Shown: positions 1 through 13,063 of the stretch, in pieces | Layout: each line of letters opens with the position of its first letter | Position numbering within the stretch: position 1 is the stretch's first letter | From: Escherichia coli | Lineage (GTDB): Bacteria > Pseudomonadota > Gammaproteobacteria > Enterobacterales > Enterobacteriaceae | Assembly: GCF_048403405.1 (NCBI RefSeq) | Contig: NZ_CP183129.1 | Reading direction: 5' to 3' (one strand) | Length of the DNA: 64,000 nucleotides | Notes under the pieces: generated by a model | Told to the model about the DNA's origin: nothing | Databases searched by the model: none | Seen by the model: the letters and a program-made list of their open reading frames with translations, nothing else | Program-made: the position numbers and the translations under genes

Positions 1-830
1 ATGACTGGTTGCTCTCTTTACCGCTGTTTCACGTCTCCGGTCAGGGAATTATGTGGCGCTGGTTATACGCTGGTGCGCGGATGACGGTACGTGATAAACA
101 GCCATTGGAGCAAATGCTGGCAGGCTGTACTCACGCTTCACTGGTGCCAACACAACTCTGGCGTTTGCTGGTTAACCGCAGTTCCGTTTCCCTGAAAGCG
201 GTGCTACTTGGCGGCGCGGCTATCCCGGTCGAGTTGACGGAACAGGCGCGCGAGCAGGGGATTCGTTGCTTTTGCGGCTATGGTCTGACCGAGTTTGCCT
301 CCACGGTGTGTGCGAAAGAAGCCGACGGTCTGGCAGACGTTGGTTCGCCGCTGCCGGGTCGGGAAGTGAAAATCGTTAATGATGAAGTGTGGCTGCGGGC
401 TGCCAGTATGGCTGAAGGTTACTGGCGTAACGGGCAACTGGTTCCACTGGTTAATGACGAAGGCTGGTACGCTACGCGCGATCGCGGTGAGATACATAAT
501 GGCAAGCTGACCATTGTCGGACGTTTAGATAATCTGTTCTTCAGTGGCGGTGAGGGTATTCAGCCGGAAGAAGTCGAGCGCGTTATTGCTGCACATCCTG
601 CGGTTTTGCAGGTGTTTATCGTCCCCGTTGCCGACAAGGAGTTTGGTCATCGGCCGGTAGCGGTGGTGGAGTATGACCAGCAAACCGTTGATCTTAGTGA
701 ATGGGTGAAAGATAAGCTGGCCCGTTTTCAGCAACCGGTGCGTTGGTTAACGCTGCCGCCTGAACTGAAAAACGGCGGCATTAAGATTTCACGTCAGGCG
801 CTAAAAGAGTGGGTGCAACGCCAGGATTAA
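1..830 (+). CDS. menE: o-succinylbenzoate-CoA ligase, 3' portion (5' end lies outside window)
   Basis: ORF 9..830 translation resembles the C-terminal part of an acyl-CoA synthetase; position next to pmrD and the arn operon matches E. coli synteny; open frame runs to the window edge. Confidence 0.75.
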   Translation, partial: DWLLSLPLFHVSGQGIMWRWLYAGARMTVRDKQPLEQMLAGCTHASLVPTQLWRLLVNRSSVSLKAVLLGGAAIPVELTEQAREQGIRCFCGYGLTEFASTVCAKEADGLADVGSPLPGREVKIVNDEVWLRAASMAEGYWRNGQLVPLVNDEGWYATRDRGEIHNGKLTIVGRLDNLFFSGGEGIQPEEVERVIAAHPAVLQVFIVPVADKEFGHRPVAVVEYDQQTVDLSEWVKDKLARFQQPVRWLTLPPELKNGGIKISRQALKEWVQRQD

Positions 831-872
831 GAAATCATTAGTTTCACTTCGCAATTTTGCCATTCCATTGCC

Positions 873-889
873 GTTGATAATAGGTTTAT
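873..889 (+). promoter_or_regulatory. candidate PhoP box (direct repeat GTTGAT-N5-GTTTAT) upstream of pmrD
   Basis: Hexamer direct repeat with 5-nt spacer about 50 bp upstream of the pmrD ATG; imperfect match to the (T/G)GTTTA-N5-(T/G)GTTTA consensus. Confidence 0.3.
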
Positions 890-939
890 CTGTTAATCTG
901 TAAATTAATGTGAAAATTCTTATCAAGCAGGGTGGTGCA

Positions 940-1206
940 ATGGAATGGCTGGTTAAAAAGTCATGCTGTGATAAACAAGATAACAGACATGTACTTAAGC
1001 TTTGTGATGCTGGTGGCACGATAAAAATGATCGCCGAAGTGAAGAGTGACTTCGCCGTGAAAGTGGGGGATTTACTCTCGCCTTTGCAGAATGCGCTTTA
1101 TTGTATTAATCGTGAAAAGCTGCATACGGTGAAAGTCCTCTCGGCAAGCAGTTATAGCCCCGATGAGTGGGAACGGCAGTGTAAAGTGGCAGGGAAAACT
1201 CAGTAA
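940..1206 (+). CDS. pmrD: PmrD connector protein (about 88 aa)
   Basis: ORF 910..1206 contains [10 protein letters not shown]... from its 11th codon, matching the remembered PmrD N-terminus; lies between menE and arnF. Confidence 0.7.
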
Positions 1207-1586
1207 CGTTGTTTTGTCGTGGGCAGGAAAATCAGCATCAACCCGCTCATAATACAGGCTACTCCCAGTAGTGCTTTCAGCGAAAAAGTCCCTTCCCAGC
1301 CGGGAAGTACCATTGAAGCAATCCATACCAGCACATAACTCATACTGAGCAAGGCATAGGCTTTGCTTAGTGCAAGTTTATGTAGTGTTTTATACCAACA
1401 AAAAACGGAAAGCAGATAACCCAGCAGCCCGAGTAACAGTATCCGGGCATCCAGGCCAAAAGCTAACAACGCCGCGATAAAATCCCATAAGTGCGTCATC
1501 GGCGGCAGATGACTCGCCGCAAAACCCAGGCTTAATTGCGCAGCGGAGGCGATAATGACGCTGAATAATCCCCACATCAGGCCCAT
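1200..1586 (-). CDS. arnF: undecaprenyl-phosphate-L-Ara4N flippase subunit ArnF
   Basis: Track ORF 1200..1868 (222 aa) fuses two genes; the 3' 128 codons starting [10 protein letters not shown] form a small four-helix membrane protein. Confidence 0.7.
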
Positions 1587-1921
1587 TACACGGTACTCCC
1601 GAGGATCACAATGCCACCAATAATGAACGCCACCCCACACCAGTGACGCGGCGATACCGGTTCGTGCCACAGTTTTACTGCAGCCAGCGTCACCCAGACA
1701 AAATTCAGACTTAACATCGGGTAGGCAATGCCTACCGGTACGTTCTGCAAGACCAGCAGCCAGAGCACCATGGCAAGACCAAGACAAGCCAGCGCCAGTC
1801 CCAGCCACAGCACGATATGTTTGCGCCGTTTGTTTATCGCCACAAAGCAGGTTGCCTGTTTCTGACACAACTGCCCGGCAACGCTAAGCAAGCTGGCAAA
1901 GACTAATGTTAGCCAGATCAT
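1586..1921 (-). CDS. arnE: undecaprenyl-phosphate-L-Ara4N flippase subunit ArnE
   Basis: 111-aa hydrophobic SMR-like ORF immediately downstream of arnT with overlapping stop/start. Confidence 0.75.
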
Positions 1922-3570
1922 TTGGGACGATACTGAATCAGCACCAGACGCTCCTGACGATCGATGGCATCTGCGGGCGGAATGGCGAGACTGTTGATAT
2001 CTTCATCGCGGTCAACCGAAAGCACGAGTGTAATAATCCCCTCCTGACGATGTTGATTAAGCCAGTTTGCGAACTCATCACCGCTGACAAATCTCCCTTT
2101 CGCATCCGGATAATTAAGGCCGTATTTCAACTCACCTGTCTGGCGATACATGATGATGTCATCGCGTTGCAGGCTCCATGCCAGACCTGCGGCAACACCG
2201 ACGCTATCAGTAAGAATATAGCGGCTTGGCTGAAGTGATTCTTGTGTCATCTCGACAAAAAATTGCGGATGTTTTCCTTCCATGACTCTGTCAGGAATTG
2301 AAAATCCTACCAGCAACGCCAGCCCCAGCGGGCAAAGCGCGGCAAAAGACCAGGTCTTTTCGACGTTTGTTAAGGTGTACCAGCCGAAAAATGCCCATAG
2401 CGAAAAAATCGACCAGGCACAAAAGACTTTATAGCTCTCGAAGGTTTGCCACACTGGCGTGTTCATTGGTCCCCAGGGGGAGACCACAAATGTGGCAATA
2501 ATGCCAGTGACACCAAAAGTGATGTTAATCCAGCCATTAATCCGCAGCGCCAGAGGATTATTTTTTGCTGCCAGCAAAGCGTAATGCGCCATCAGCATTG
2601 CCAGAGGTGCAAAGCAGGAAAGAATATAGGTGGGCAATTTGCCTTTAGCGACGGAGAAAAACAGCAGCGGCATTATCGTCCAGCTCAACAAATAGACGGT
2701 TGCGGAATGCTTGCGGTTTTTCCAGCCTGCGTACAGTGCTCCGGGGAGTAATCCCAGCCACGGCAGGCTACCGGCAATGATGACCGGCAAGTAGTACCAG
2801 AACGGAGCTCTATGCTGAGCATCATCCATTGCAAAGCGTTGAATATGCTCAACCCAGAAAAAATAGTGCCAGAAGTCAGGCTCCCGCTGCGCTATCGCCA
2901 GTCCCCAGGGGAGAACCGTCAGTACGCAACTGATAACCGCCAGCCAGCCGTAAATAAAGAGATCTTTCCAGCGTTTTTGCGTTGCAACCCATGGAAGCAC
3001 GCTTAATACCGGCACGGCAAGGGCGAGAAAACCTTTGGTCATCACCCCCATGCCGCAGGTGATTCCCAGCAGTAAAAATCCTGCGCTTTTGCCTTTCCAC
3101 GTCTGTGCCTGCATTGCCAGCCAGAAGCTGCACATTCCCGCCACCAGCCAGAAGGCAATAAACGGATCGAGCACGGCATAAGTGCCGATGGCATAGACAA
3201 TGAACAATGAGAGGTAAATCACTGCGGCGAGTAATGCCAGACGTTTATCGCGCCATAAGCGCAGAGTAAACCAGGCCACCAGCGCGGCAGTTAACAGGGT
3301 CGCAAAGATAACGCCTGCCCGCACACCAAAGTTATTTGCGCCAAATAGCCATTGCCCAATGCTGTTAATCCAGTATCCGGCAATGGGTTTTTCGAAATAA
3401 CGTAGCCCTAACAGATGGGGCACAATCCAGTCGCCGGATGCCAGCATTTCCCGACTGATTTCCGCATAACGCGTTTCATCGGGTTGCCAGAGCAGACGCG
3501 TGCTGATCGGTAACAGGTAATAGCAGGCAATAAACGCGAAGAGGCCGATAAGGTAACGTACCGATTTCAT
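1918..3570 (-). CDS. arnT: 4-amino-4-deoxy-L-arabinose transferase (lipid A modification)
   Basis: 550-aa polytopic membrane glycosyltransferase; overlaps arnD and arnE junctions. Confidence 0.9.
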
Positions 3571-4460
3571 CAGCGACTACCCGCAATTTGTTGGCAACCC
3601 AGCCAGCCTTCACGTCCGGCAATATTTCCGCGAACAACTTGCCCGAGCGGTAACGTCCCTGATAACAGTTCGCTTAAAGGGCAAAATGTCACGCCTTCCT
3701 GGGCTGCGCGTTTCAGGAGATCCACAAAATTATGCTGATAAGCGCAGCCTTCAACTTCTGCATGAATGGTATAAACCGGCGTGCCTTTATCTCGCAGGAT
3801 GCGGTTGAGTAACCAACCGTTAAAATCTTCTGCTTTCACATCCCGACCAATCACTTCATCCCAGGTGGGTAAGGTCACCGGAATTTGCGCAGTGCCAGGG
3901 TTTCCTGATTCGAGCAGTGGCCGAAACGGCATGGCCCCACGACAATCGCTGTTGTAGCGCAAATGGAACGCTTCTTTTGCTTCGATCACCTGCTGGTCGG
4001 CACGCCAGCCCGCAGCGGCAGAACAGGTTACCGGTTGACCTATGATCTCTTCCAGGGTGCGAAGGCCGCGTGCAATATCGTCGACCAATGTTTGCCGATC
4101 CCAGTTACCGCTATGGGCTTGCCAGGCATGGTGATCCCAGGCGTGCAGGCCGACTTCGTGATGTTTAGCTGCTTCACGAATGATATCGGCATTGGCATGA
4201 CCAATCTCTTTACCCGGCCAGGCCGTACCTGCCAGTAAAATATCCCAGCCATAAAGCGATGCCGCGTTTGAGCGCAGCATCTTCCACAAAAACTGTGGCT
4301 TCACCAGTCGCCAGAGATGGCGGCCCATATTGTCCGGGCCGACGCTGAAAAAAATGCTGGCCTGAATATTATGCTTACTCAAGATTTCCAGCAGACGCGG
4401 CACGCCTTCACGGGTGCCACGAAAGGTATCGACATCAATGCGTAAGCCGACTTTGGTCAT
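3570..4460 (-). CDS. arnD: 4-deoxy-4-formamido-L-arabinose-phosphoundecaprenol deformylase
   Basis: 296-aa polysaccharide-deacetylase-like ORF; operon position. Confidence 0.9.
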   Translation of the reverse strand: MTKVGLRIDVDTFRGTREGVPRLLEILSKHNIQASIFFSVGPDNMGRHLWRLVKPQFLWKMLRSNAASLYGWDILLAGTAWPGKEIGHANADIIREAAKHHEVGLHAWDHHAWQAHSGNWDRQTLVDDIARGLRTLEEIIGQPVTCSAAAGWRADQQVIEAKEAFHLRYNSDCRGAMPFRPLLESGNPGTAQIPVTLPTWDEVIGRDVKAEDFNGWLLNRILRDKGTPVYTIHAEVEGCAYQHNFVDLLKRAAQEGVTFCPLSELLSGTLPLGQVVRGNIAGREGWLGCQQIAGSR

Positions 4461-6438
4461 GATGGTTTATCCGTAAGATCAACGGTGCGCAGGAAGAAAT
4501 CTAGCGTTTCGTCGATGGTTTCCTGCATATCAATTTTGGGTTCCCAGTCCAGGCAGCGGCGGGCATTGCGGATGCTCGGTTTACGATGCTCTACGTCCTG
4601 ATATCCTTTGCCGTAGTAGCTGCTACTTTCGACAACACGAAAGCCCGCAAACGGTGGGAAGTGATGGCGCAGCGGATGTTTTTCGAAGCTCGCCAGCAGC
4701 ATCTCGCCCAGTTCCTCAATGCTCGCTTCGTTCTCAGGATTGCCAATGTTGATAATTTCGCCGTCGCAGCGATTTCCCGCATTTTCGATAATGCGGTACA
4801 ACGCCTCGATACCATCCCGGATATCAGTAAAGCAGCGTTTTTGTTTTCCGCCATCAATTAGCTTAATTGGTGAACCTTCTACCAGATTGAGAATGAGTTG
4901 CGTAATAGCGCGGGAGCTGCCGATTCGTGCCGCATTAAGGTTATCCAGTCGTGGTCCCATCCAGTTAAACGGGCGGAAGAGGGTAAACTGTAAACCCTCT
5001 TTTTCGCCATAGGCCCAGATAACCCGATCAAGTAATTGTTTAGACACCGAATAAATCCAGCGTGGTTTATTCACCGGGCCGACGATTAAATTAGAATGAT
5101 CCTCATCGAAGTATTTATCGTTACACATCCCATAAACTTCTGAAGTCGACGGGAAGATGATTCGCTTACGGTACTTCACGCAGTAGCGGATAATGCGCAG
5201 ATTCTCTTCAAAATCGAGTTCAAATACGCGCAGCGGGTTGCGGGTATATTCAATCGGCGTGGCTATCGCCACCAGCGGCAACACGACATCACATTTTTTG
5301 ACGTGATACTCAATCCATTCGGAATGAATACTGATATCGCCTTCGACAAAGTGAAAATGCGGATGATTCAGAAAACGGCTTATCGCATCGCTGCCAATAT
5401 CCAGACCGTAAACTTCATAATGATCTTCGCGCAGCAGGCGTTCTGTCAGATGGTTGCCAATAAAGCCATTCACCCCGAGGATGAGTACCCGCGTACGGCG
5501 TCGGGCGGTGCAGGCAGGCTGGCTATTCAAGCGTGAACCTTGCACCAGGCCCAGCGTCTGCGCTAATTGCGAGCCCTGCATAGTAATGCCGTCGCCCGCC
5601 TGTCCGGTGACGATTTCCAGCGCGCCATCGCCACAGGCAATCAGCAGTGGCGCTACAGAAATCACCCTCCCCGGCTGTGCTTTGCTGGCATGAGGATGAA
5701 CACGCGACGACCAGACGGTGAATTTCTGATTGCCAACATAGCTGAAGGCACCCGGCCACGGATCGGCAACGGCACGCACCATGTTGTGCAGTACAGATGC
5801 CGGCTTATGCCATTCGAGGAAACTGTCATCCGGCGTTCTGCGACCAAAACAGGTGGCTTCGTTTTCGCGCTGGGCGATTTCCAGAATATTACCGTGTTTA
5901 ATGGCGGGTAATGTCTGTTCCAGTAGCTGGCGCGCGGCATGGCACAATTTATGATGCAGCGTAATAGCGATATCGTCTGGCGCAATGGCAATGCGCAGTT
6001 GCGCCACAATGGCCCCGGCATCGGCACGTTTCACCATTCGGTGCAATGTAACGCCAGTTTCCGTTTCACCGTTCACCAGCACCCAGTTCAGCGGCGCGCG
6101 ACCACGATATTTTGGTAACAGCGAACCATGCAGATTAAATGCACCTGCGGGAGCGAGCTGCAAAATTTCGTCGCAAATAAGATGGCGATAATAAAAAGAA
6201 AAAATCACATCAGGTGATAGTTGGGCAATGCGTTCCACCCACAGCGGATGATTAACGTTATCTGGCGCATAAACCGGAATGCCTCTTTCCGCCGCCAGAC
6301 GAGCTACCGAACCATAAAAGGCTTTTTCACCGGGATTATCAGTATGAGTAAAAATAGCGCTAATTTCGTAACCGGCAGCCAGCAGGGCTTCAATACCGAG
6401 GCATCCCATATCGTGGTAGGCAAAAACGACGGTTTTCA

Positions 6439-6439
<1 letters not shown>
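4457..6439 (-). CDS. arnA: bifunctional UDP-glucuronic acid decarboxylase / UDP-Ara4N formyltransferase
   Basis: 660-aa ORF with N-terminal formyltransferase-like and C-terminal NAD-dependent epimerase/dehydratase-like halves. Confidence 0.9.
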
Positions 6440-7410
<971 letters not shown>

Positions 7411-8568
7411 TTATTGTCCTGCGAGTTGCTGAAGGGCTGTGATGACGCGGTCGGCATCGGCGGTAGTCATATCCGGAAACAGCGGCAACGAACAGATGCG
7501 TTCGCTATTCCATTCGGTATTCGGTAACGACAGCGTGGGAAAACGCTCGCGATAATATTTTTGTGTGTGAGCGGCGCGGAAATGTAACCCGGTACCAATA
7601 CCTCTTTCTTTTAACGCTTCCATCAACGCATCGCGACTGATACCACAACGTTGTTCATCGACACGAATAATAAACAGATGCCAGGCGTGAACGTGCGGCC
7701 AGGCGGGAAGGCTTAATGGCTGAAAGGGGAGAGCTGCCAGTGCTTGCTGATATTGCTGGGCAATTTCGCGCCGACGGGTGTTGAGGTGCTCTAATTTTGC
7801 TAACTGTGTCAGGGCAATCGCGGCGTTAATATCGGTCAGATTGTACTTATAGCCCGGTGTTAAGACTTCAGCTTGCGGTGCACGGCCCCAGGTTTGTCTG
7901 TCATAGGCATCGACACCCAGACCGTGAAATTTCAGCATCCGTAGCTGGCGGGCAAGGTTTTCATTATCTGTAACAATCAGGCCACCTTCCGCACAGGTAA
8001 TATTTTTGATGGCGTGAAACGAAAAAATAGCGGTACCTTTTGTGCCAATATGTCGCCCTTTGTAATACGTACCGACGGCATGGGCAGCATCTTCGATAAC
8101 TGCGATGCCGTAACGTTCGCCAATGGCGCGAATGGCGTCAATATCTGCTGGCGCACCGGCATAATGCACCGGAATGATGGCTTTAGTGCGTGGCGTAATG
8201 GCTGACTCGATCGCTTCAGGCGTGACCATCAGCGTATCGTGGTCGACATCCACCATTACCGGCGTTGCACCCAACAAGGAAATCATATTGAGGGTTGAAA
8301 CCCAGGTCAGGGAAGGCGTAATCACTTCATCGCCCTTGCCAATTTCCAACGCCATTAGCGTGATATGCATTCCGGCGGTGGCTGAACTGACCGCGATGGC
8401 ATGCTGATTTCCCGTCAACTGGCAAAAGGCTTGTTCAAGCGCCTGATTCTTCGGACCGGTTGTGATCCAACCGGATTCGAGAACCTCTTTAACTGCAGCG
8501 AGTTCCTCCACGCCCATTGCTGGTCGCGAAAAAGGCAAAAATTCTGACATTGCTTTTCCTTCCGCCAT
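7411..8568 (-). CDS. arnB: UDP-4-amino-4-deoxy-L-arabinose--oxoglutarate aminotransferase
   Basis: DegT/ArnB-type PLP aminotransferase ORF (track 7411..8583); exact start uncertain. Confidence 0.85.
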   Translation of the reverse strand: MAEGKAMSEFLPFSRPAMGVEELAAVKEVLESGWITTGPKNQALEQAFCQLTGNQHAIAVSSATAGMHITLMALEIGKGDEVITPSLTWVSTLNMISLLGATPVMVDVDHDTLMVTPEAIESAITPRTKAIIPVHYAGAPADIDAIRAIGERYGIAVIEDAAHAVGTYYKGRHIGTKGTAIFSFHAIKNITCAEGGLIVTDNENLARQLRMLKFHGLGVDAYDRQTWGRAPQAEVLTPGYKYNLTDINAAIALTQLAKLEHLNTRRREIAQQYQQALAALPFQPLSLPAWPHVHAWHLFIIRVDEQRCGISRDALMEALKERGIGTGLHFRAAHTQKYYRERFPTLSLPNTEWNSERICSLPLFPDMTTADADRVITALQQLAGQ

Positions 8569-8635
8569 TGAATACCTGTCCACTTATATTTGCTATAAAG
8601 AGTGTTGTGTATATTTTGCCATTTGGAGCAAAATT

Positions 8636-8665
8636 TTAAGGATAGAATATTAACTTAACCTTAAG
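8636..8665 (-). promoter_or_regulatory. candidate BasR/PmrA box (CTTAAG-GTTAAG-TTAAT) in arnB-ais divergent promoter
   Basis: Minus-strand reading cttaaggttaagttaat resembles YTTAAK direct repeats of PmrA boxes; lies upstream of arnB. Confidence 0.4.
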
Positions 8666-8857
8666 AAACTAATATTAGACGTAAATATTGAAATTTTTAT
8701 ATTTTTTCTTATTTAGGCTTTGCATTTGGCAAAATTTTGAGGCATTTTGCCGGCATCGCAGGATTTTTAATATTACACCAACTGCTAATTATCGCCAGAA
8801 ATGTCGCTCAATTTCACGGTAATTGTCTGGTTGCGCTTGTCTATAGGTGGAGTTTAC

Positions 8858-9460
8858 GTGTTAGCTTTTTGCCGCTCTTCGTTGAAGTCAAAAAAATATT
8901 TCATCATTTTACTGGCGCTCGCTGCAATTGCCGGACTGGGTACTCATGCCGCCTGGAGTAGCAATGGTTTGCCACGTATCGACAATAAAACGCTGGCCAG
9001 ACTGGCACAGCAGCATCCGGTTGTCGTTTTGTTTCGCCATGCTGAACGTTGCGATCGTTCAACCAATCAATGCTTGTCAGATAAAACAGGTATTACGGTC
9101 AAAGGTACCCAGGATGCCCGTGAACTGGGCAACGCTTTTAGTGCTGATATCCCTGATTTCGATCTTTATTCCAGTAATACCGTCCGGACCATTCAGTCGG
9201 CGACCTGGTTTTCATCGGGTAAAAAGCTGACGGTAGATAAACGACTTCTTCAGTGCGGTAATGAGATTTATAGTGCAATTAAGGACTTACAAAGCAAAGC
9301 GCCTGATAAAAATATCGTTATTTTCACCCATAATCATTGCCTGACATATATTGCTAAAGATAAGCGTGATGCGACATTTAAACCTGATTATCTGGATGGT
9401 TTAGTCATGCATGTGGAAAAAGGCAAAGTTTATCTGGATGGGGAATTCGTTAACCACTAA
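8858..9460 (+). CDS. ais: Ais, putative lipopolysaccharide core heptose(II)-phosphate phosphatase
   Basis: Histidine-phosphatase-like ORF with signal peptide; GTG start at 8858 preceded by AGGTGGAG; track ORF starts earlier at 8801. Confidence 0.7.
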   Translation: MLAFCRSSLKSKKYFIILLALAAIAGLGTHAAWSSNGLPRIDNKTLARLAQQHPVVVLFRHAERCDRSTNQCLSDKTGITVKGTQDARELGNAFSADIPDFDLYSSNTVRTIQSATWFSSGKKLTVDKRLLQCGNEIYSAIKDLQSKAPDKNIVIFTHNHCLTYIAKDKRDATFKPDYLDGLVMHVEKGKVYLDGEFVNH

Positions 9461-9498
9461 ATTTTCAATCTGACAGCCAGTAATGGCTGTCATCATTA

Positions 9499-9924
9499 TT
9501 ACAGAAGACCTTTCAAACGTAACGTTTTTCGGGTGGCGACATTCATATCATAGTGCGCCAGATCTTCAGGTTTTACCCACGCGTAGTCTTGAAACTCTTC
9601 GTTTATTTTCACTTCTCGGTTGGCAGAAACGCAGTCAAAAATCAGGTAAATCATATAAATCTCTTCCTTGCGACCATCTGCATACGTCTTGGTGCGAATA
9701 TCATCGCTGAAGGTCCACGGCGTGATTTCTGTCAAAAGCAGCTGTTCTCCCAGTTCTTCGCGAATTTCGCGGCGTAGTGCCTCTTCAATTCGTTCGCCAG
9801 GCTCTACGCCGCCACCCGAAAGCGCCCATTGACCGGGGAAAACGCCGCGATCGTCGGCCATTTTACACAGCAAATAAGCACCATCATTTTGAATCAAAGG
9901 GCATACAATAGTCCGTTGTCGCAC
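9499..9924 (-). CDS. nudI: Nudix hydrolase (nucleoside triphosphatase NudI)
   Basis: 141-aa ORF with Nudix box [24 protein letters not shown]. Confidence 0.85.
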   Translation of the reverse strand: MRQRTIVCPLIQNDGAYLLCKMADDRGVFPGQWALSGGGVEPGERIEEALRREIREELGEQLLLTEITPWTFSDDIRTKTYADGRKEEIYMIYLIFDCVSANREVKINEEFQDYAWVKPEDLAHYDMNVATRKTLRLKGLL

Positions 9925-10202
9925 AGGGGTATTCCTTATAAATTAAAAGAAACCATGAGAATACGGTAACTCAGAAATATGTGAAAGTGACAGTAATCTC
10001 TTTTGCGATGATAACTGCACTTATTATTATTTTTGTGTGTATCGATAAAGTGTGTTTATTTTTTCGGCGTTTAATTATTTAAGAAGTATTTAGTTACAAT
10101 AAGTGACTAGATCCCTTTTTTCGCTCATTGAATCCTCTGTGCCAGGCAGTACAATCCCGCAGCTTTGGGAATTTTGATTTATTGCTTGTGGGAGAGGGAA
10201 AA

Positions 10203-10745
10203 ATGAAAAAAATTGCGCTAGCAGGTCTGGCCGGAATGCTGTTGGTTTCTGCATCGGTCAATGCAATGAGCATCAGCGGCCAGGCGGGTAAAGAATACAC
10301 CAATATTGGTGTCGGTTTTGGGACTGAATCGACGGGCCTGGCGTTAAGCGGTAACTGGACACATAACGACGACGACGGTGACGTCGCGGGCGTGGGGCTG
10401 GGGTTGAATCTGCCTCTCGGGCCGTTAATGGCGACCGTTGGCGGAAAAGGCGTTTACACCAACCCGAATTACGGCGATGAAGGTTATGCCGCAGCGGTAG
10501 GAGGTGGTTTGCAGTGGAAAATTGGCAACAGCTTCCGTTTGTTTGGCGAGTATTACTACTCTCCGGATTCGCTCTCCAGCGGTATTCAAAGTTATGAGGA
10601 AGCGAATGCTGGCGCGCGTTACACCATTATGCGTCCAGTCAGTATTGAGGCGGGTTATCGCTACCTGAACCTTTCTGGTAAAGACGGTAACCGCGACAAC
10701 GCCGTGGCTGACGGCCCGTATGTTGGGGTTAACGCCAGTTTCTGA
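10203..10745 (+). CDS. yfaZ: outer membrane protein YfaZ
   Basis: Signal peptide MKKIALAGLAGMLLVSASVNA followed by glycine-rich beta-strand-like sequence ending in F. Confidence 0.7.
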   Translation: MKKIALAGLAGMLLVSASVNAMSISGQAGKEYTNIGVGFGTESTGLALSGNWTHNDDDGDVAGVGLGLNLPLGPLMATVGGKGVYTNPNYGDEGYAAAVGGGLQWKIGNSFRLFGEYYYSPDSLSSGIQSYEEANAGARYTIMRPVSIEAGYRYLNLSGKDGNRDNAVADGPYVGVNASF

Positions 10746-10844
10746 TCCCTTCCGGCGCGGCATTCTGTCGCGCCATTCAGTTTCTTACTACGCCTTATCT
10801 CCCTTTGCGTTATAGTGATTCGATAACAAAAGCAGGAGATAACC

Positions 10845-12047
10845 ATGTTAAAAGTGGAAATGTTATCCACCGGGGATGAAGTGTTACACGGGCAAATCGT
10901 TGACACTAACGCTGCCTGGCTGGCCGATTTTTTCTTTCATCAGGGGTTGCCTTTAACTCGCCGCAATACGGTGGGGGATAACCTTGATGACTTAGTGACC
11001 ATTCTTCGCGAACGTAGTCAGCACGCCGATGTGCTGATCGTTAACGGCGGGCTGGGGCCGACCAGTGATGATTTAAGCGCACTCGCCGCTGCGACAGCAA
11101 AAGGTGAAGGCCTGGTGTTGCATGAAGCCTGGCTCAAAGAGATGGAACGCTATTTCCACGAACGTGGACGAGTAATGGCACCGAGCAACCGTAAACAAGC
11201 GGAGCTACCTGCCAGTGCTGAATTTATCAATAACCCGGTAGGCACCGCCTGTGGTTTTGCCGTGCAGCTTAATCGTTGCCTGATGTTCTTTACCCCCGGC
11301 GTACCGTCAGAATTTAAGGTGATGGTCGAGCACGAAATCCTGCCGCGCCTGCGCGAGCGTTTTTCTTTACCACAGCCGCCGGTTTGTCTGCGTTTAACTA
11401 CCTTTGGTCGTTCGGAAAGCGATCTGGCACAAAGCCTGGACACTCTACAACTGCCGCCGGGCGTAACAATGGGCTATCGCTCCTCAATGCCTATCATCGA
11501 ACTGAAACTCACCGGACCGGCAAGCGAGCAACAGGCGATGGAAAAACTGTGGCTGGACGTTAAACGTGTTGCCGGACAGAGCGTGATTTTCGAAGGCATC
11601 GAAGGACTGCCCGCGCAGATCAGTCGCGAATTGCAAAACCGCCAGTTCAGCCTGACGTTGAGCGAGCAATTCACCGGCGGTTTATTGGCTTTGCAACTTT
11701 CTCGCGCAGGTGCTCCATTGCTGGCGTGTGAAGTGGTTCCTTCACAGGAGGAAACCCTGGCGCAAACGGCGCACTGGATTACAGAACGGCGGGCCAACCA
11801 TTTTGCCGGGCTGGCACTGGCTGTTTCTGGTTTCGAGAACGAACATCTCAACTTTGCGCTAGCCACGCCAGACGGCACTTTCGCTCTGCGTGTGCGTTTC
11901 AGCACTACGCGCTACAGCCTGGCTATCCGTCAGGAAGTGTGCGCAATGATGGCACTGAATATGCTGCGCCGTTGGTTAAACGGCCAGGACATCGCCAGTG
12001 AGCATGGCTGGATTGAGGTTGTTGAGTCCATGACTTTATCTGTCTGA
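10845..12047 (+). CDS. yfaY: CinA-like (MoCF-binding domain) protein YfaY
   Basis: 400-aa ORF, N-terminal MLKVEMLSTGDEVLHGQIVDTNAAWLA typical of CinA-type domain. Confidence 0.75.
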   Translation: MLKVEMLSTGDEVLHGQIVDTNAAWLADFFFHQGLPLTRRNTVGDNLDDLVTILRERSQHADVLIVNGGLGPTSDDLSALAAATAKGEGLVLHEAWLKEMERYFHERGRVMAPSNRKQAELPASAEFINNPVGTACGFAVQLNRCLMFFTPGVPSEFKVMVEHEILPRLRERFSLPQPPVCLRLTTFGRSESDLAQSLDTLQLPPGVTMGYRSSMPIIELKLTGPASEQQAMEKLWLDVKRVAGQSVIFEGIEGLPAQISRELQNRQFSLTLSEQFTGGLLALQLSRAGAPLLACEVVPSQEETLAQTAHWITERRANHFAGLALAVSGFENEHLNFALATPDGTFALRVRFSTTRYSLAIRQEVCAMMALNMLRRWLNGQDIASEHGWIEVVESMTLSV

Positions 12048-12266
12048 TTCCGCCACTCCGTGCCGGTTTACTGCACCGGCACATCCCCCCTCCGGCAAAA
12101 TTTGTCCAACCTGTTGTACTCAATAAGAAAAAATCCGTGCGCTGATTCACAAATTTGTGCGTAATTTCTCCAGTCCGCTGGACGAGGTGCGGGATTTGAT
12201 GCGCTTCACAATTTTACTCCCCCTGAGCAACGAGACTGATTCCAGTATCTAAGACTGGAGTCCAGT

Positions 12267-13049
12267 ATGTTGGAATCAAGCAAAGTTCCCGCCCTGACAC
12301 GGGCTATTGATATTCTCAATTTGATTGCCCGCATTGGCCCCTGTAGTGCTGCGACGATCATTGACACATTGGGGATCCCTAAAAGCACGGCCTATTTGCT
12401 GCTTAATGAACTCAGGCGTCAGCGTTTTCTTAGCCTTGATCACCAGGAAAATTTTTGTTTGTGGACCAAGCTGGTGGAGCTTTCCGGTCATGCGTTAAGC
12501 AAGATGGATCTCCGGGAACTGGCTCGACCGCGTTTGACGCAACTGATGGATACCACCGGGCTGTTATGTCACCTGGGGATTATTGATAACGGCAGCGCTT
12601 ATTACATTTTGAAAGTGGAGTCATCAGCCACTATCAGCGTGCGTTCCCATGAAGGAAAAAGCCTTTCGCTTTATCGCTCCGGAATAGGTAAATGCCTGCT
12701 TGCCTGGCAACCTGCAGCTGTACAGCAAAGTATTATCGAAGGGCTGGTCTGGGAGCAGGCGACACCCACAACGATTACTCATCCACAGCAACTTCACGAA
12801 GAACTGGCGCGTATTCGCCGTCAGGGCTGGAGTTATGACAACGGCGAAGATTATGCCGATGTCCGTTGTGTCGCTGCGCCGGTGTTTAACGCCAATAACG
12901 AGCTTACCGCTGCGATTTCGGTGGTCGGTACCCGCTTACAAATCAATGAAGAATACCGTGATTATCTGGCGGGCAAGGCCATTGCCTGCGCCAGGGATAT
13001 TTCACGTCTGTTGGGATGGAAAAGTCCCTTTGACTTACAGGCCTCATAA
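12267..13049 (+). CDS. rhmR: IclR-family transcriptional regulator of L-rhamnonate utilisation
   Basis: 260-aa ORF with N-terminal HTH and IclR-type effector domain; heads the rhm cluster. Confidence 0.8.
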   Translation: MLESSKVPALTRAIDILNLIARIGPCSAATIIDTLGIPKSTAYLLLNELRRQRFLSLDHQENFCLWTKLVELSGHALSKMDLRELARPRLTQLMDTTGLLCHLGIIDNGSAYYILKVESSATISVRSHEGKSLSLYRSGIGKCLLAWQPAAVQQSIIEGLVWEQATPTTITHPQQLHEELARIRRQGWSYDNGEDYADVRCVAAPVFNANNELTAAISVVGTRLQINEEYRDYLAGKAIACARDISRLLGWKSPFDLQAS

Positions 13050-13063
13050 CAATGGAGAACAGC

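Noticed and set aside
1200-1868. Single 222-aa ORF spanning arnF and upstream sequence
   Set aside because: The frame runs through the arnE/arnF junction; by size and hydropathy these are two small membrane proteins (ArnE 111 aa, ArnF 128 aa), so the long ORF is an artefact of the shared frame.
8928-9230. 100-aa alternative-frame ORF inside ais
   Set aside because: Overlaps a well-supported gene in another frame, with no RBS.
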